From an uncultured delta proteobacterium (GTDB taxonomy: Bacteria > Myxococcota > Myxococcia > Myxococcales > Myxococcaceae), in assembly GCA_963796055.1 (NCBI GenBank), contig CAWCKH010000002.1:176787-240786 (forward strand): a stretch of 64,000 bases of DNA. Reading direction: 5' to 3'. The notes beneath the pieces were generated by a model. It was not told the DNA's origin. It saw nothing but the letters and a program-made list of their open reading frames with translations, and made no database searches. Shown one piece after another: positions 52,363 to 63,037 of the stretch. A program made the translations under genes and the position numbers. How positions within the stretch are numbered: the first letter of the stretch is position 1; every line of letters begins with the position of its first letter.

Positions 52363-52621
52363 AGCCGCCTCCTCGCCCCTCATCTGAAGCGGAATCCTTC
52401 CCTGCACGGCCCGTCTCGACCAGGGCCGCTCGCGCCGCCGAGGCCAGCGCCTGCAGCGTTGCCGGCGTCTTTGCCAGGGTGGACGCGAGGCTTTGCTCGG
52501 GACGGTCGGTCATCGGTTGAGGGCAAGGGACGCCGCTCCCATCGCTGCATCGCCAACACGACAGTGGCCGCTCTAGAGAATGCCCTGCTTGCGGAAACCG
52601 CGGAGCACCTTCCACAGGTAG

Positions 52622-52745
52622 GTCCAAAGGAAGAACAAACCGGGTTTTCGTGCCGGAGACCGATCAGGGGGCCGGGTCGTCGGGCCGGCGAGGGGCAGGA
52701 CGACGAAGCAGGAGGGCGCTCGGCAGTGACAGAGGCTGGAAGCCC
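52622..52745 (-). mobile_element. IS91-like terminus with spacer
   Basis: Reverse complement is homologous to 32640-32743; ends ggtttgttcttcctttggac. Confidence 0.7.
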
Positions 52746-53446
52746 GGGAGCGGCACTTCCAGCGGTCCGCCCAGTCGTCGCTGGGCTCTTCTGGTCCCAG
52801 CGCGGCGAGGGCGGCCGGCGAGGATGGCGAGCACCTCCTCCGCGGCGACGTGCTGGGCCACCTCCGACAGCTCCGCGCCTGTCGTCGCGAGCGGGTTGGG
52901 CCTCCCGTCGATCACGTTAGAGAGACAGCGCCGAAAGGACTCGATCTCCGCGTCTGAGCAGCGTGCCTCCATTCGCACCACCAGCGCTCGTGCTTCCAGG
53001 AGGGCGGCCCGGATCACCGACGTCCAGAGCTCTTCCTTGCCCTTCTCGAAGACACGTCGCATCTCGGTGCGGTGCCTGCGGAGCTCGGCAACGCCGAAGC
53101 GCTCGCTGGGCCCGGCCTCCGTCTCGGCAAGGGAGAAGCGCCCGCCCTCGCAAAAGTGTCGGCGGAGGGTCAAGAGGACCCGCTGCACGCCAAGCTCTCC
53201 GACACACCCCTCGTCCATCAGCGGGTGTGTCGACACCTGTCCTGCGGCGCCCGCGACGAGGCGCCGCAGGGTGGACCCGCTGCAGGCCGCGAGCAGGGTG
53301 TCGACCACCGCCTCACTGCGGGCATGTACCTGGTCGAGCAAGGCTTTCCAGGCCCGGTCGGCGCGTCGTGCGCTCAGCAGCCGCACCCGCTCCTGGAACT
53401 CGAGGACGACCGATTCGACCGCTGGCGTTCGATCTGGACTTCGCAT
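52664..53446 (-). CDS. Hypothetical protein, 3' end fused to the IS91-like remnant
   Basis: Helical ORF, no motif recognised. Confidence 0.45.
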   Translation of the reverse strand: MRSPDRTPAVESVVLEFQERVRLLSARRADRAWKALLDQVHARSEAVVDTLLAACSGSTLRRLVAGAAGQVSTHPLMDEGCVGELGVQRVLLTLRRHFCEGGRFSLAETEAGPSERFGVAELRRHRTEMRRVFEKGKEELWTSVIRAALLEARALVVRMEARCSDAEIESFRRCLSNVIDGRPNPLATTGAELSEVAQHVAAEEVLAILAGRPRRAGTRRAQRRLGGPLEVPLPGFQPLSLPSALLLRRPAPRRPDDPAP

Positions 53447-53639
53447 GCCAGGGCCGTCCAGCAGGCTTCGTGCCAATCGCCAGGTGACCGCTGAAATATC
53501 CCTGCCGGTCGTGCCCCCAATTGCTCGAGGAGGAGCGCAGCGGTGACGCAAGAGAAGATGGATGACCAGAGTCTGTGCGGATCGCCTTTCGTCGAGCTGG
53601 CCCGGACCACTGTCGCGTCCAGTGTGGATTCGTGCCCTC

Positions 53640-53868
53640 TGGTGGCACCCACGAGGAAGGCTGCGAGGGCTGCGATGCCCGCCATTACCGAGAGGTCGTG
53701 CGCTCCGCCGAGGGTGAACCCGAGTAGCAGGACGTTCCCGGTCATGTTCCCCGTAAAGACGTGCTGCAGGCCGAGGAAGCTCGCCGCGTCGACGAACCCG
53801 GTGACTGCGGTGAGGAGGATGAGCGAGACAACTGGTTGCCGACCATCACTTTCCGTCGCTGCCACCAT
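53640..53868 (-). pseudogene. YoaK/DUF1275 family N-terminal fragment
   Basis: LTAVTGFVDAASFLGL.HVFTGNMTGN. Confidence 0.8.
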
Positions 53869-54603
53869 CGGGAACACCTCCGCGCGGTCTGACAAGACCC
53901 TGAGTCGGCCCTTCGAGGAAGGCGCGGCCCTCGACGTGGTGCGCAACGCGGTCGACTAAGGATCGACCGTGAGACGCGCAGATTCCTGGCCAAAATTTGG
54001 GGACCGTCACGCAAGATTGACCGAGTCCTGCGCCCCGTGTCGATGGGGTGACACCGCGGACCAAAGATGGACGGGAATGATACCCCGCGCTTACGCATCC
54101 TGATGATGAGGACGCTGCGAGGGCGGAGATACGCCTTTCGGGGTTCGGCCCTCGAGTTGCAGGGACGAATGCCGATGGACAGCAGGCGCGCAGGCATATC
54201 CCGAGGAAGGGCTCGCCAGAGCAGCCCGACGGGATGGTCGATCCCTGGCCGGGCAATGAGGATGACGGCTAGCCAGGTCTTGCCCCTCGCCTTCGGCATG
54301 CACGCACATGCCAAACAGGATGGCTTCTTTCCGACCGGACTTAACGGAGCCATCACGATGAGCTCCGACGCTGCAACAGAAGCAAAGGTTGGCATAAACA
54401 GATTGTCGACGATGTGTCCCTGGTCAAACCGCTGCCCTGCACCGGGCAGTTCGGACAGTGAGCGTCACCTCGATCACTGGCAAGGTGCTGTTCCACCTTC
54501 GCTTTCAGCAACTACCCATGGCCCGCCGCATTAGATGTCGAACGGGCTTTCCATCCCTGCAACATCGCCACTAAAGAGACAAATGACCGAGGAGACAATT
54601 CTC

Positions 54604-55521
54604 ATGAAGGCAATCGTTGTGACGGACCAGACTGCGGGAACGGCCGGGATGAAGCTGGTGGAGCGGCCCGAGCCGCAGGCAGCGATAAACGACGTCGTCG
54701 TTCAGGTTTATGCGTCGGGATTCGTCGGGACTGAGTTGGCGTGGCCCTCGACCTGGACCGATCGCCTCGACCGTGACCGAACACCGTCGATCCCCGGGCA
54801 CGAGCTGGCCGGAGTGGTCACCGCCCTCGGCTATGGCACGAGGGGGCTGTCGGTGGGACAGCGGGTGTTCGGCCTCACGGACTGGACTCGCGACGGCACT
54901 CTGGCGGAGTACGCGGCCGTCGAGGCACGCAACCTCGCGCCGCTGCCGGGTGACGTCGACTTCACGGTGGGCGCGAGCCTGCCGATCTCGGGCCTGACTG
55001 CGTGGCAGGGACTGTTCGAGCACGGCCGCCTTCAGGCGGGGCAGAGCGTCCTCGCGCACGGTGCGGCCGGCGCAGTCGGGTCGATGGTGACGCAACTCGC
55101 ACGAGGGGCCGGCGCCCATGTCATCGGCACCGGACGCGCCGCCGACCGTCAGAAGGCGCTCGACTTCGGCGCGCAGGAGTTTGTCGACCTCGACAACGAC
55201 GTCCTCGAAGACGTCGGCGGAGTCGATCTGGTGTTCGATGTCATCGGCGGCGATATCGGGAAGCGGTCCGCGCGCCTGATTCGAGCCGGAGGAACGCTGG
55301 TGTCCATCGTCGGGCCGTCCGAGGCGCGGCCCGTCGACGGCCTGGCAATCGACTTCGTTGTCGAGTGCGATCGTGCCCAACTGAGTGTGATCGTCCAGCG
55401 GGTGCGGGACGGACGACTGCGGACGAACATCGGCAACGTCGATACCATCGACGATGCCGTCGCCGCCTTCAACCCGACCGAGCGACGCAACGGAAAGACG
55501 ATCATCCGCGTTCATCCGTGA
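54604..55521 (+). CDS. NADP-dependent oxidoreductase (MDR/quinone oxidoreductase family)
   Basis: IPGHELAG, GTLAEY, HGAAGAVG, GKTII; RBS GAGGAG. Confidence 0.92.
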   Translation: MKAIVVTDQTAGTAGMKLVERPEPQAAINDVVVQVYASGFVGTELAWPSTWTDRLDRDRTPSIPGHELAGVVTALGYGTRGLSVGQRVFGLTDWTRDGTLAEYAAVEARNLAPLPGDVDFTVGASLPISGLTAWQGLFEHGRLQAGQSVLAHGAAGAVGSMVTQLARGAGAHVIGTGRAADRQKALDFGAQEFVDLDNDVLEDVGGVDLVFDVIGGDIGKRSARLIRAGGTLVSIVGPSEARPVDGLAIDFVVECDRAQLSVIVQRVRDGRLRTNIGNVDTIDDAVAAFNPTERRNGKTIIRVHP

Positions 55522-55764
55522 GGACTTGGGGATTGCCCAACGCCCAAGCCGTATACTTTCCATAGCTTCGCGAATGGTGCTTGAGCATCGACAATGCTCA
55601 AGCACGGCGCGTCAGAGGGTCGGCACAACTCAAAAGTTGTATCGTTCTTGATGGAGTTCGCTCTATACCTCTACAAGAACCTGAGATGGAGAAGCTTCAC
55701 ATGGAGGCGCTCGCCAATTCTCCAAGGCATGTGAACACATGTGGGCGTTCAGATAACGAGTCCG

Positions 55765-55915
55765 GTGTTCGTTCAGTCCGCTCGCACGGCCGGGGAGGGG
55801 GTGGCTTCCCTATTGGCAGCACGGTTATTGCGGTTGCCGGAAGCGTATTGGGCGCCGATTGCGACCGTGGTCATCGCGCAATCCTCTCTCGGGGCAGCAC
55901 TGACTGTCTCCTCGC
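55765..55915 (+). pseudogene. FUSC-like membrane protein fragment
   Basis: LPEAYWAPIATVVIAQSSLGA. Confidence 0.65.
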
Positions 55916-56040
55916 ACTGCGAGCCGGAGAGCGGGACACCTGATTCTGACCTCGCGATCGTGAGCCAAGGTGCCTGACGTCACCGCTCACGGGAGTGGAT
56001 GGAGCGACACCGGGGACCACGGCTCGACCCAGCGTCTCGC

Positions 56041-56101
56041 GGTGTCGATGGAGTGACACCGAAAGCGGCGGGCGACGCTCCGGCGTCGAGGGAGCGACAC
56101 C
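56041..56101. repeat. GGYGTC-N8-GACACC palindromes (also at 61832-61851; half-site at 56001)
   Basis: 56041-56060 perfect; 56082-56101 has one mismatch. Confidence 0.65.
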
Positions 56102-56235
56102 GGTGACGACGGAGCGATGGAGGAATCGACCCTGCTCGACCTTTGACGCCTCGGGAATCGAGTCAGGTGGCGCTGGATCCTCGGTTGCAAGAGCGGCCGA
56201 CGGGGGTTCGCATCGCCCCAGAGGAGACATGGTGA

Positions 56236-56825
56236 ATGAAGCTCGGCATTGCGGTCGTCTTCACAGTGATGATGTCGTCCGGCACCCAGCCGCCCAGATC
56301 ACAAGCCAACAAGAGCTTCAACGGCTTTGATCTGGTGGACAAGGCAGGGAACATCACCCGAAAGCCGAACGACTATCGGGACAACTACCAGATACTCGGA
56401 GTCTTCGGCGTGAAGGATCCAATGCCCATGGCCGGTGGCGGCGGGCCAGAGAAGGGTGTGGAAGAGCTTCACTACACCTACGCTTCACCCGGCACGGCTG
56501 AGTACTACCGAAAGACCGGCAGTTTCCAGATGGAGCTGTCCTCGTCAAGGAAGTCTTCATGACGGATACCGGTCGACTCACGACCGGAGACGCGCATTGG
56601 GCCTCGAAAACGAAACTGTGGTTCGTCATGATCAAGGACGACAAGAAACGCTTCCCGACTAATCCGCTTTGGGCTGAAGGATGGGGCTGGGCACTCTTCC
56701 TGGCAGACGCACCTGATAAGCAGGTCGCGACGGCCTTCACAAAAGACTGCCAGGGCTGCCATCTCCCGGTGAGCTCGACGGACTGGGTCTACATCCAAGG
56801 CTATCCCGTTCTCTCTTCAAAGTAG
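56236..56825 (+). pseudogene. Cytochrome P460 family, frameshifted near 56521
   Basis: YYRKTG / FPDGAVLVKE split across frames; GWGW; CQGCH. Confidence 0.85.
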
Positions 56826-56882
56826 GTAGCGCGCTACGCGTGAAGCACGAGTATTCACGAAGATCAAGAAGGAGAAGTACGG

Positions 56883-57497
56883 ATGAGGAAGTTTCTAGTA
56901 GCAAGCATTACTGGCATGGGACTGGTCGCAGCGAGCTTGGTCGTCGTCAGGACGAGAGCGATGGCGGCTCAGCCGCAAGACGGATCCCTGATTGTCTATG
57001 ACTCTCAGGGGAGACTGAAGCTGCCCGACCCAACGGTGTTTCGGAAGTGGGTCTTTCTCGGAGCTCCCATAACGCCGAACGGCCTCAACAACGGAAAGGC
57101 GAATTTCCCCGAATTCCACCATGTGTACGTCGAGCAGAAGAACTTCGATGAATATCTGAGGACGGGCACCTTTCCGGAGGGGACGATGCTGGTGAAGGAG
57201 CTGACTCGTGTTCTCAATCCGACCTTCCCGGATGGCTCTCGGAAGGAACCATCGGGCCGAGGCTTCTTCAACGGCGAGTTCAACGGCATCGACCTGAGTA
57301 TCAAGGATAGTAAGCGGTACTCTAAGACGAACGGCTGGGGTTACTTCACTTTTGGCCATCATCCGTTGCCGTACGCCGAATAGGCCAGTGAAGCATCTCC
57401 CACCGAATGCGCCAGTTGCCACCAGACGTACGTTGCCAACACGGACATGACTTGGGAGCAGTTCTACCCAATTCTCAAGCACAAGAACCCGAAGTAG
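56883..57497 (+). pseudogene. Cytochrome P460 (CytL-like) with an in-frame TAG at 57381-57383
   Basis: Signal peptide, TPNGLNNGKANFPEFHHVY, FPEGTMLVKE; CASCH lies after the TAG in the same frame. Confidence 0.88.
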
Positions 57498-57518
57498 TGC
57501 CAAGTGGAACGGTGAAAG

Positions 57519-58118
57519 ATGGCTCTGATCTCTCCGGGGTTTTCTGGGCGACGCGACACTGCGGACGGCAAGCTACCGCCTGGGCAGTATCTCACCGCCG
57601 GCTTTCCTGTCCTCTCCGCGGGACCCACCCCACAGGTGTCGCTTGATAAGTGGGAGCTCACCATCGAGGAAGGAACCGACGTCCTCCGGCGGTGGGACTG
57701 GAAGTCGTTTCGCAGTCTGCCTGTCGATAGGTTCACCGTCGACATCCACTGCGTGACACGGTGGTCGAAGCTCGGAACGACGTGGGAGGGCGTCTCGCTG
57801 GACACGCTCTTCGCCGGGGTGGAGACGGACGCTGCCTACGCGCTCGTCTACTCCTACGGCGACTACACCACCAATTTGCCGTTGCAGGACCTCCTGAACT
57901 TACAGGCGTGGATCGCCTTTCGCTTTGATGGGGCGGATCTCGAGCTTGAGCACGGAGGTCCTGCCCGGCTCCTCGTTCCTCATCTCTATCTATGGAAAAG
58001 CGCGAAGTGGGTTCGACGGATCAAACTCATGCACAAGGATGTTCCTGGATTCTGGGAAGCCCTCGGCTACCATAATTACGGAGATCCCTGGCGCGAGCAG
58101 CGCTTCTGGGGTGACTGA
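57519..58118 (+). CDS. Sulfite-oxidase-like molybdopterin oxidoreductase
   Basis: LPPGQ, DIHCVTRWSK, HGGPARL, WKSAKW, GFWE. Confidence 0.93.
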   Translation: MALISPGFSGRRDTADGKLPPGQYLTAGFPVLSAGPTPQVSLDKWELTIEEGTDVLRRWDWKSFRSLPVDRFTVDIHCVTRWSKLGTTWEGVSLDTLFAGVETDAAYALVYSYGDYTTNLPLQDLLNLQAWIAFRFDGADLELEHGGPARLLVPHLYLWKSAKWVRRIKLMHKDVPGFWEALGYHNYGDPWREQRFWGD

Positions 58119-58849
58119 TGTGGCGAGTGGGCATTGTCGTCGCGCTTCGCGATGAAACCGCAACGGCTCGGACGATCGGTCTCGAGATTCAGGACTGGCC
58201 GGGGCACCGTGCAGGACAGCACGTCGACGTTCGCTTGACGGCCCCCGATGGATACTCCGCCGTCCGGTTGTACTCGATTGCATCTGCGCCAAGGTCGGAA
58301 GGACGTGTCGAGATCACGGTTGAGCGTCTCGACGATGGCGAGGTGTCGCCCTATCTGACCCGACAAGTCGCAGTCGGTGATCGTCTCGAGCTCCGAGGGC
58401 CTCTCGGTGGTTGGTTCGTCTGGCATCCAGAACAGAGCGAGCCGATCCAGCTCGTGGCGGGGGGCTCCGGAATCGTGCCCCTCATGGCCATGATTCGATC
58501 GCGTCGATCGACGAACGGCGCCGCACCGTTTCGGTTGCTGTACTCGGTCCGTGATCCGGGTGCCGTTTACTATCGGGGCGAGCTGGACGTCCCGACGGAT
58601 GAACGCTCGGCGCTGAGAGTAACGTACGCGTACACCCGGGCCGCTCCGCAAGGGTGGCCGCGACGCCCCGGCCGCATCGATGCCGCACTGATGGCGAGTA
58701 CGACCTGGCCTTCGAAGCTCGGCGCGACGTGCTACGTCTGCGGGCCCACGTCGTTCGTGGAGAGTGCGGCTGGCCTTCTCGTCGCTGCCGGCAATGGCCC
58801 ACAGCGGATCAGGACCGAGCGCTTTGGTCCCACGGGAGACAGGCAATGA
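58118..58849 (+). CDS. FNR-family ferredoxin reductase
   Basis: GQHVDVRL, RLYSIAS, GEVS, AGGSGIVP, YVCGP. Confidence 0.92.
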   Translation: MWRVGIVVALRDETATARTIGLEIQDWPGHRAGQHVDVRLTAPDGYSAVRLYSIASAPRSEGRVEITVERLDDGEVSPYLTRQVAVGDRLELRGPLGGWFVWHPEQSEPIQLVAGGSGIVPLMAMIRSRRSTNGAAPFRLLYSVRDPGAVYYRGELDVPTDERSALRVTYAYTRAAPQGWPRRPGRIDAALMASTTWPSKLGATCYVCGPTSFVESAAGLLVAAGNGPQRIRTERFGPTGDRQ

Positions 58850-59139
58850 GCTTTTTTGACGGTGATCATCTGGATGGCAATGCTGCCGCCGGTCGACTGT
58901 GCACGATATTCGGGGTCGACGTGACTGCTGCGGAGGGTCAATGTGCGCACTGCGGTTCGATCGGCCGTTTTGCAAGAGCGCGCCTTTACATGATGAGCCC
59001 CGGGCTCGTGACCCGGTGCGCCGTCTGTGAGCACGTCCTCTTGCGTCTCGTCAGCGTAGGCGAGCAGGTGCTCCTCGACGCGCGTGGCCTGACGTATCTG
59101 AGCCTCGACACATCGCAATTCCAGGAGTCCGGCAGATAG
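58846..59139 (+). CDS. DUF6510-like zinc-ribbon protein
   Basis: LDGNAAAG...CAHCG...RCAVC. Confidence 0.8.
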   Translation: MSFFDGDHLDGNAAAGRLCTIFGVDVTAAEGQCAHCGSIGRFARARLYMMSPGLVTRCAVCEHVLLRLVSVGEQVLLDARGLTYLSLDTSQFQESGR

Positions 59140-59199
59140 CAAGCAGTTTCACAGGGCGTCCATCGCGCCACCCCGACCGGCGAGCCGGGCCCTTCTATC

Positions 59200-59660
59200 A
59201 GCTGATCCAGCAGGGGACCCGTCTCATTCCCAGCGACTTCATCGGCTTCGCCAGGCCGCTCAACGTGGTGCGCCGGCACCACGATATGCTTCTGGCCAAC
59301 GTCTTCGCACAGACCGAGGCGCTGGCCTTGGGGAAGACGCCGGAGCGGGTGAAGTCCGAGGGGACGCCCGACTGGCTCGTGCCACACCGAGTCTTCGAAG
59401 GGAATCGTCCCTCCAACACCATCCTGGCTGAACGGCTGAATCTTGAGAGGCTGGGGAAGCTGGTCGCCCTCTACGAGCACGCCGTCTTCACGCAGGGCGT
59501 GATCTGGAACATCGACTCGTTCGACCAGTGGGGCGTCGAGCTGGGGAAGGTGCTCGCCCAGCGCATCATCCCCGAGCTGGAGAGCGCCTCCGAACCGGCT
59601 CTCGAGCACGACAGCTCGACCAACGCCCTCATCCGCCGCTATCGAGCCCAGCGGTCATGA
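59200..59660 (+). pseudogene. pgi: Glucose-6-phosphate isomerase C-terminal fragment
   Basis: [28 protein letters not shown]. Confidence 0.92.
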
Positions 59661-60731
59661 ACAAGCTCGAGCTGAAACCGGGCGTTCTCACCGGCCCGGC
59701 GGTCACCGACGTCTTCGCGTACTGCAAAGAGGCCGGGTGCGCCCTGCCTGCGGTGAACGTCATCGGGTCGAACTCGGCCAATGCGGCGATGGCGGCGGCC
59801 CGGGAGGCCCGCGCGCCGATCATCATCCAGATTCTCGCATTCCGGCTCGCAATCCTTCGCGGGCAAGACGCTGGACAACGGTCAGCACCAGGCCTCCATC
59901 GCCGGTTCCATCGCCGGGGCGCACCACGTGCGCACCCTGGCGTCGGTCTACGGAGTCCCGGTCGTCCTCCACACCGACCATTGCGCCAAGAAGCTCCTCC
60001 CCTGGCTGGACGGCGTGGTCGAGGCCGACGAGGCGTACTACCGCCAGCACGGCGATCCGCTCTTCAGCACGCACATGATCGACCTCTCGGAGCAGCCGCT
60101 CTCCGAGAATCTGGAGGTCAGTGCCCGCTACCTGGCCCGCCTCGCCAGGATGAAGGTGACGCTCGAGCTGGAGATCGGCATCACCGGCGGCGAGGAGGAC
60201 AGCGTCAACAATCGGGGAGTGGCGGGTGAGCAGCTCTACAGCAACCCGGAGGACGTGCTCTCCGTCTACGACGCGCTCTCACCGATCGGTCGCTTCAATC
60301 TCGCCGCCGCCTTCGGAAATACCCATGGCGTCTACGCGCCCGGGAAAGTGAAGCTCCGGCCCACCATCCTGCGTGATGCGCAGCGCCTGGTGCAGGACCG
60401 CCGAAAGACCGGTCCCAAGCCCATCAACTTCGTCTTTCACGGCGGCTCGGGGTCGACCCGCGCCGAGATTGCCGAGGCGGTCTCCTACGGCGTGGTCAAG
60501 ATGAACATCGATACGGACACCCAGTGGGCGTTCACCCACCCGATCAAGACGTTCATGGACCAAATGGGCGCGTACCTCCTGTCCGAGGTCGGCAATCCCG
60601 AAGGCGCGGACCGGCCGAATAAGAAGTACTTCGATCCTCGGGGCTGGCTCCACCTCGGCGAGCAGGGAATCACGGCCCGCCTTCTCGCCGCTTACGATGA
60701 TTTGGGCTCGCGCGACCGCTTCGTCTTCTAG
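59657..60731 (+). pseudogene. fbaA: Class II fructose-bisphosphate aldolase, frameshifted near 59831
   Basis: ALPAVN, HTDHCAK, GITGGEED, FGNTHGVY, VFHGGSG, KMNIDTD. Confidence 0.93.
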
Positions 60732-60742
60732 CGCGAGACTCC

Positions 60743-61534
60743 ATGGCCTCCAACGTCACGAGGCTGCGCACCACCTCGCCCGGCGCCGAGGAGCGCCGGC
60801 TGGAGGAGTCGCGCCGTCATGAGAAGCACTGGAAGTGCTGGGGCCCCTACGTCAGCGAGCGGGCCTGGGTCACGGTGCGCGAGGACTACAGCCCAGGTGG
60901 CATCGCCTGGGACGACCTCCCTCACGATCACGCCCGCTCGCGCGCCTACCGCTGGAACGAGGACGGGATTGCTGGCATCTCGGACCGGCACCAGACGCTC
61001 TGCTTTGTGGTCGCCCTCTGGAACGGCGTCGACCCCATCCTCAAGGAGCGCCTCTTCGGCCTCAACGGTCAGAAGGGGAACCACGGCGAGGACTGCAAGG
61101 AGCTCTACTGGTACCTGGACAGCACCCCCACCGACTCCTTATGCGGATGCTCTACAAGGATTCGCAAGCGGATGCGGAGCATGGTGGGGCTCAACCCGCT
61201 CTTCGCGGTGGAGACCCTGGACTCGGCCAAGCTGGCAAAGGTTCCCGCGTTCGCCGGGCGGTTGGAGTGGTTCATCGACCAGCCCCCACGGCATCCGCAG
61301 CCCCGCGACGCCAGCGGCCGCGGGCCGGTCTTCGGCGGTCACGCTAGGCTGAATGGAGACCCGAACTTCCGCGAGCTCATCCCCTTCCACGAGTACTTCC
61401 ACGGTGACGATAGCTCGGGGGTTGGGGCCTCGCACCAGACCGGATGGACGGGGCTGGTCGCCAATCGGATGCGGGCGTGGGCGCAGCGGGTCCGGTGGAG
61501 AGCTCGACCCAGGCCTCGGTTCGGTGAGCTCTGA
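60743..61534 (+). pseudogene. GH63/MGH1-like glucosidase with large internal deletions
   Basis: [48 protein letters not shown] compressed into 263 aa. Confidence 0.85.
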
Positions 61535-62059
61535 AGCTCCTGCAGCAGAGCCAGGAGTTGCCCGCCGAGCAGGCCCCGGCGGCACCTATTGTCCGGCGCG
61601 TGAAGTTGCTGGCCGGTCCCTTCCCGTACTGGACCGAGAGCCAGTTGTACCCTCCCGGACATTCCAGTCGTTGGTGGGCGATTGCCCGTGCGGGAGCGTG
61701 ATGCAGCCGGGGCGCCCGAGCGCGGCCATGCCCAATCCGAGCTGCGCCGTCACCATGGGGCCATCCTTAGGCGAGCGCGCTCGCTGCGCCGAGACCCAAA
61801 ATGGGATTCAAACCGCCCTCGACGACCCACTGGCGTCAGTGGAGCGACACCGGAGGCGATGGGGCGACGAAGTAAGTGACACCTGCTCAGGCTCTTCCTG
61901 CCGGCGAGTGATGGAGCAGAACCGAAACTCGAGATCCTGACGGCTGGCCCCACGGTTGCAAGTACGAGCGCGTGGCTGCCCAGATCTCGAAGGCCGGTCC
62001 GAATCTCTCATCGTCGCTTCATCAAGGTAATTGCCACCCAACGCTCAAGAGGAAGAACG

Positions 62060-62606
62060 ATGTCCACCGATTCGCCGCTCTCTCGCCGTAAGGTCTTGCT
62101 TGTCGGGACCGCAACGACGGTCGCCACCGTCCTGACCGGTCCCTCCCTCGCGCTCGCCGCTACCGAAAGGGCTCAGCGGGCGACGTAGCCATTCTCAGCG
62201 CGGCCTACGACCTCGAGAGCCAAGCCATCTGGGCCTATCCGGCAGCAGGTGCGCGGCTCAGCGAGACCGCCGTTGGCAAGATGGTCCTTGCCCTGGCGAA
62301 GCGGAACCAATCGGATCACGAACGCCACCGGGAGGCGCTCGGAAAAGCTCTGACTTCGCTCGGAGCCAACCCACCCGCCCCGAAGAAAGAATACGACCTG
62401 TCGACCTATATCGCGGCCGGTGAGGGGGGCCTGGGAGCGACGGTGACATCGCTCGGTTGGCGCTGGCCCTGGAGATCGACGCAGCACTCGCCTACCAAGG
62501 CGCGTTTGCCAAGCTCAAGAACGTGCAGATTCGAACGTCAGCGCTGTCCATCATGCCGGACGAAGTTGACATGCTGTGGCAATCCGAGCCGCCCTGGGTG
62601 GTCTGA
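62060..62606 (+). pseudogene. Tat-exported ferritin-like protein, several frameshifts
   Basis: SRRKVL signal; DVAILSAAYDLE...DHERH...LALEIDAALAY across frames. Confidence 0.7.
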
Positions 62607-62789
62607 TCAAGGGAGTCGAGGCCGTGCCCTCGCCCTTCCTTGCTGCAGACACTCGCAGGGACCGGGTGCTGAAGGCATCACGCACGCTGTCTTCCTCGCC
62701 CTGATCGGACTGGGGGCTTCGGTCGGAGCACCGGCCGCTGCTCGTCGCCTCCGGCGGTCTCGGCGTCCACCCAGAAGGTCCCGGCATCG

Positions 62790-63037
62790 GTGACGGTCAC
62801 GATCGACGCCTTCCAGTTCTCTCCGTCGCCTACTCAGATCGCAGCCGGAACACCTGTGGTCTTCGTGAACAAGGACCCCATGCCGCACACCGTCACGCCG
62901 GACGACGGCAAGAGCTCCAGGGGACGGGGCGCATCGTCTTGGGCGTCAGCAAGACTGTGGTCTTCGAGAAGCCGGGGACCTTCAACTACCACTGCGAAAT
63001 CCACACCACCATGCGCGGCAAGGTCGTGGTGAGGTGA
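62790..63037 (+). pseudogene. Cupredoxin (plastocyanin/amicyanin-like), frameshifted
   Basis: FQFSP, NKDPMPHTV; FEKPGTFNYHCEIHTTMRG in another frame. Confidence 0.8.

Noticed and set aside
53960..54535. ORFs between yoaK and the oxidoreductase
   Set aside because: No motif, RBS or coding-like composition in any frame.
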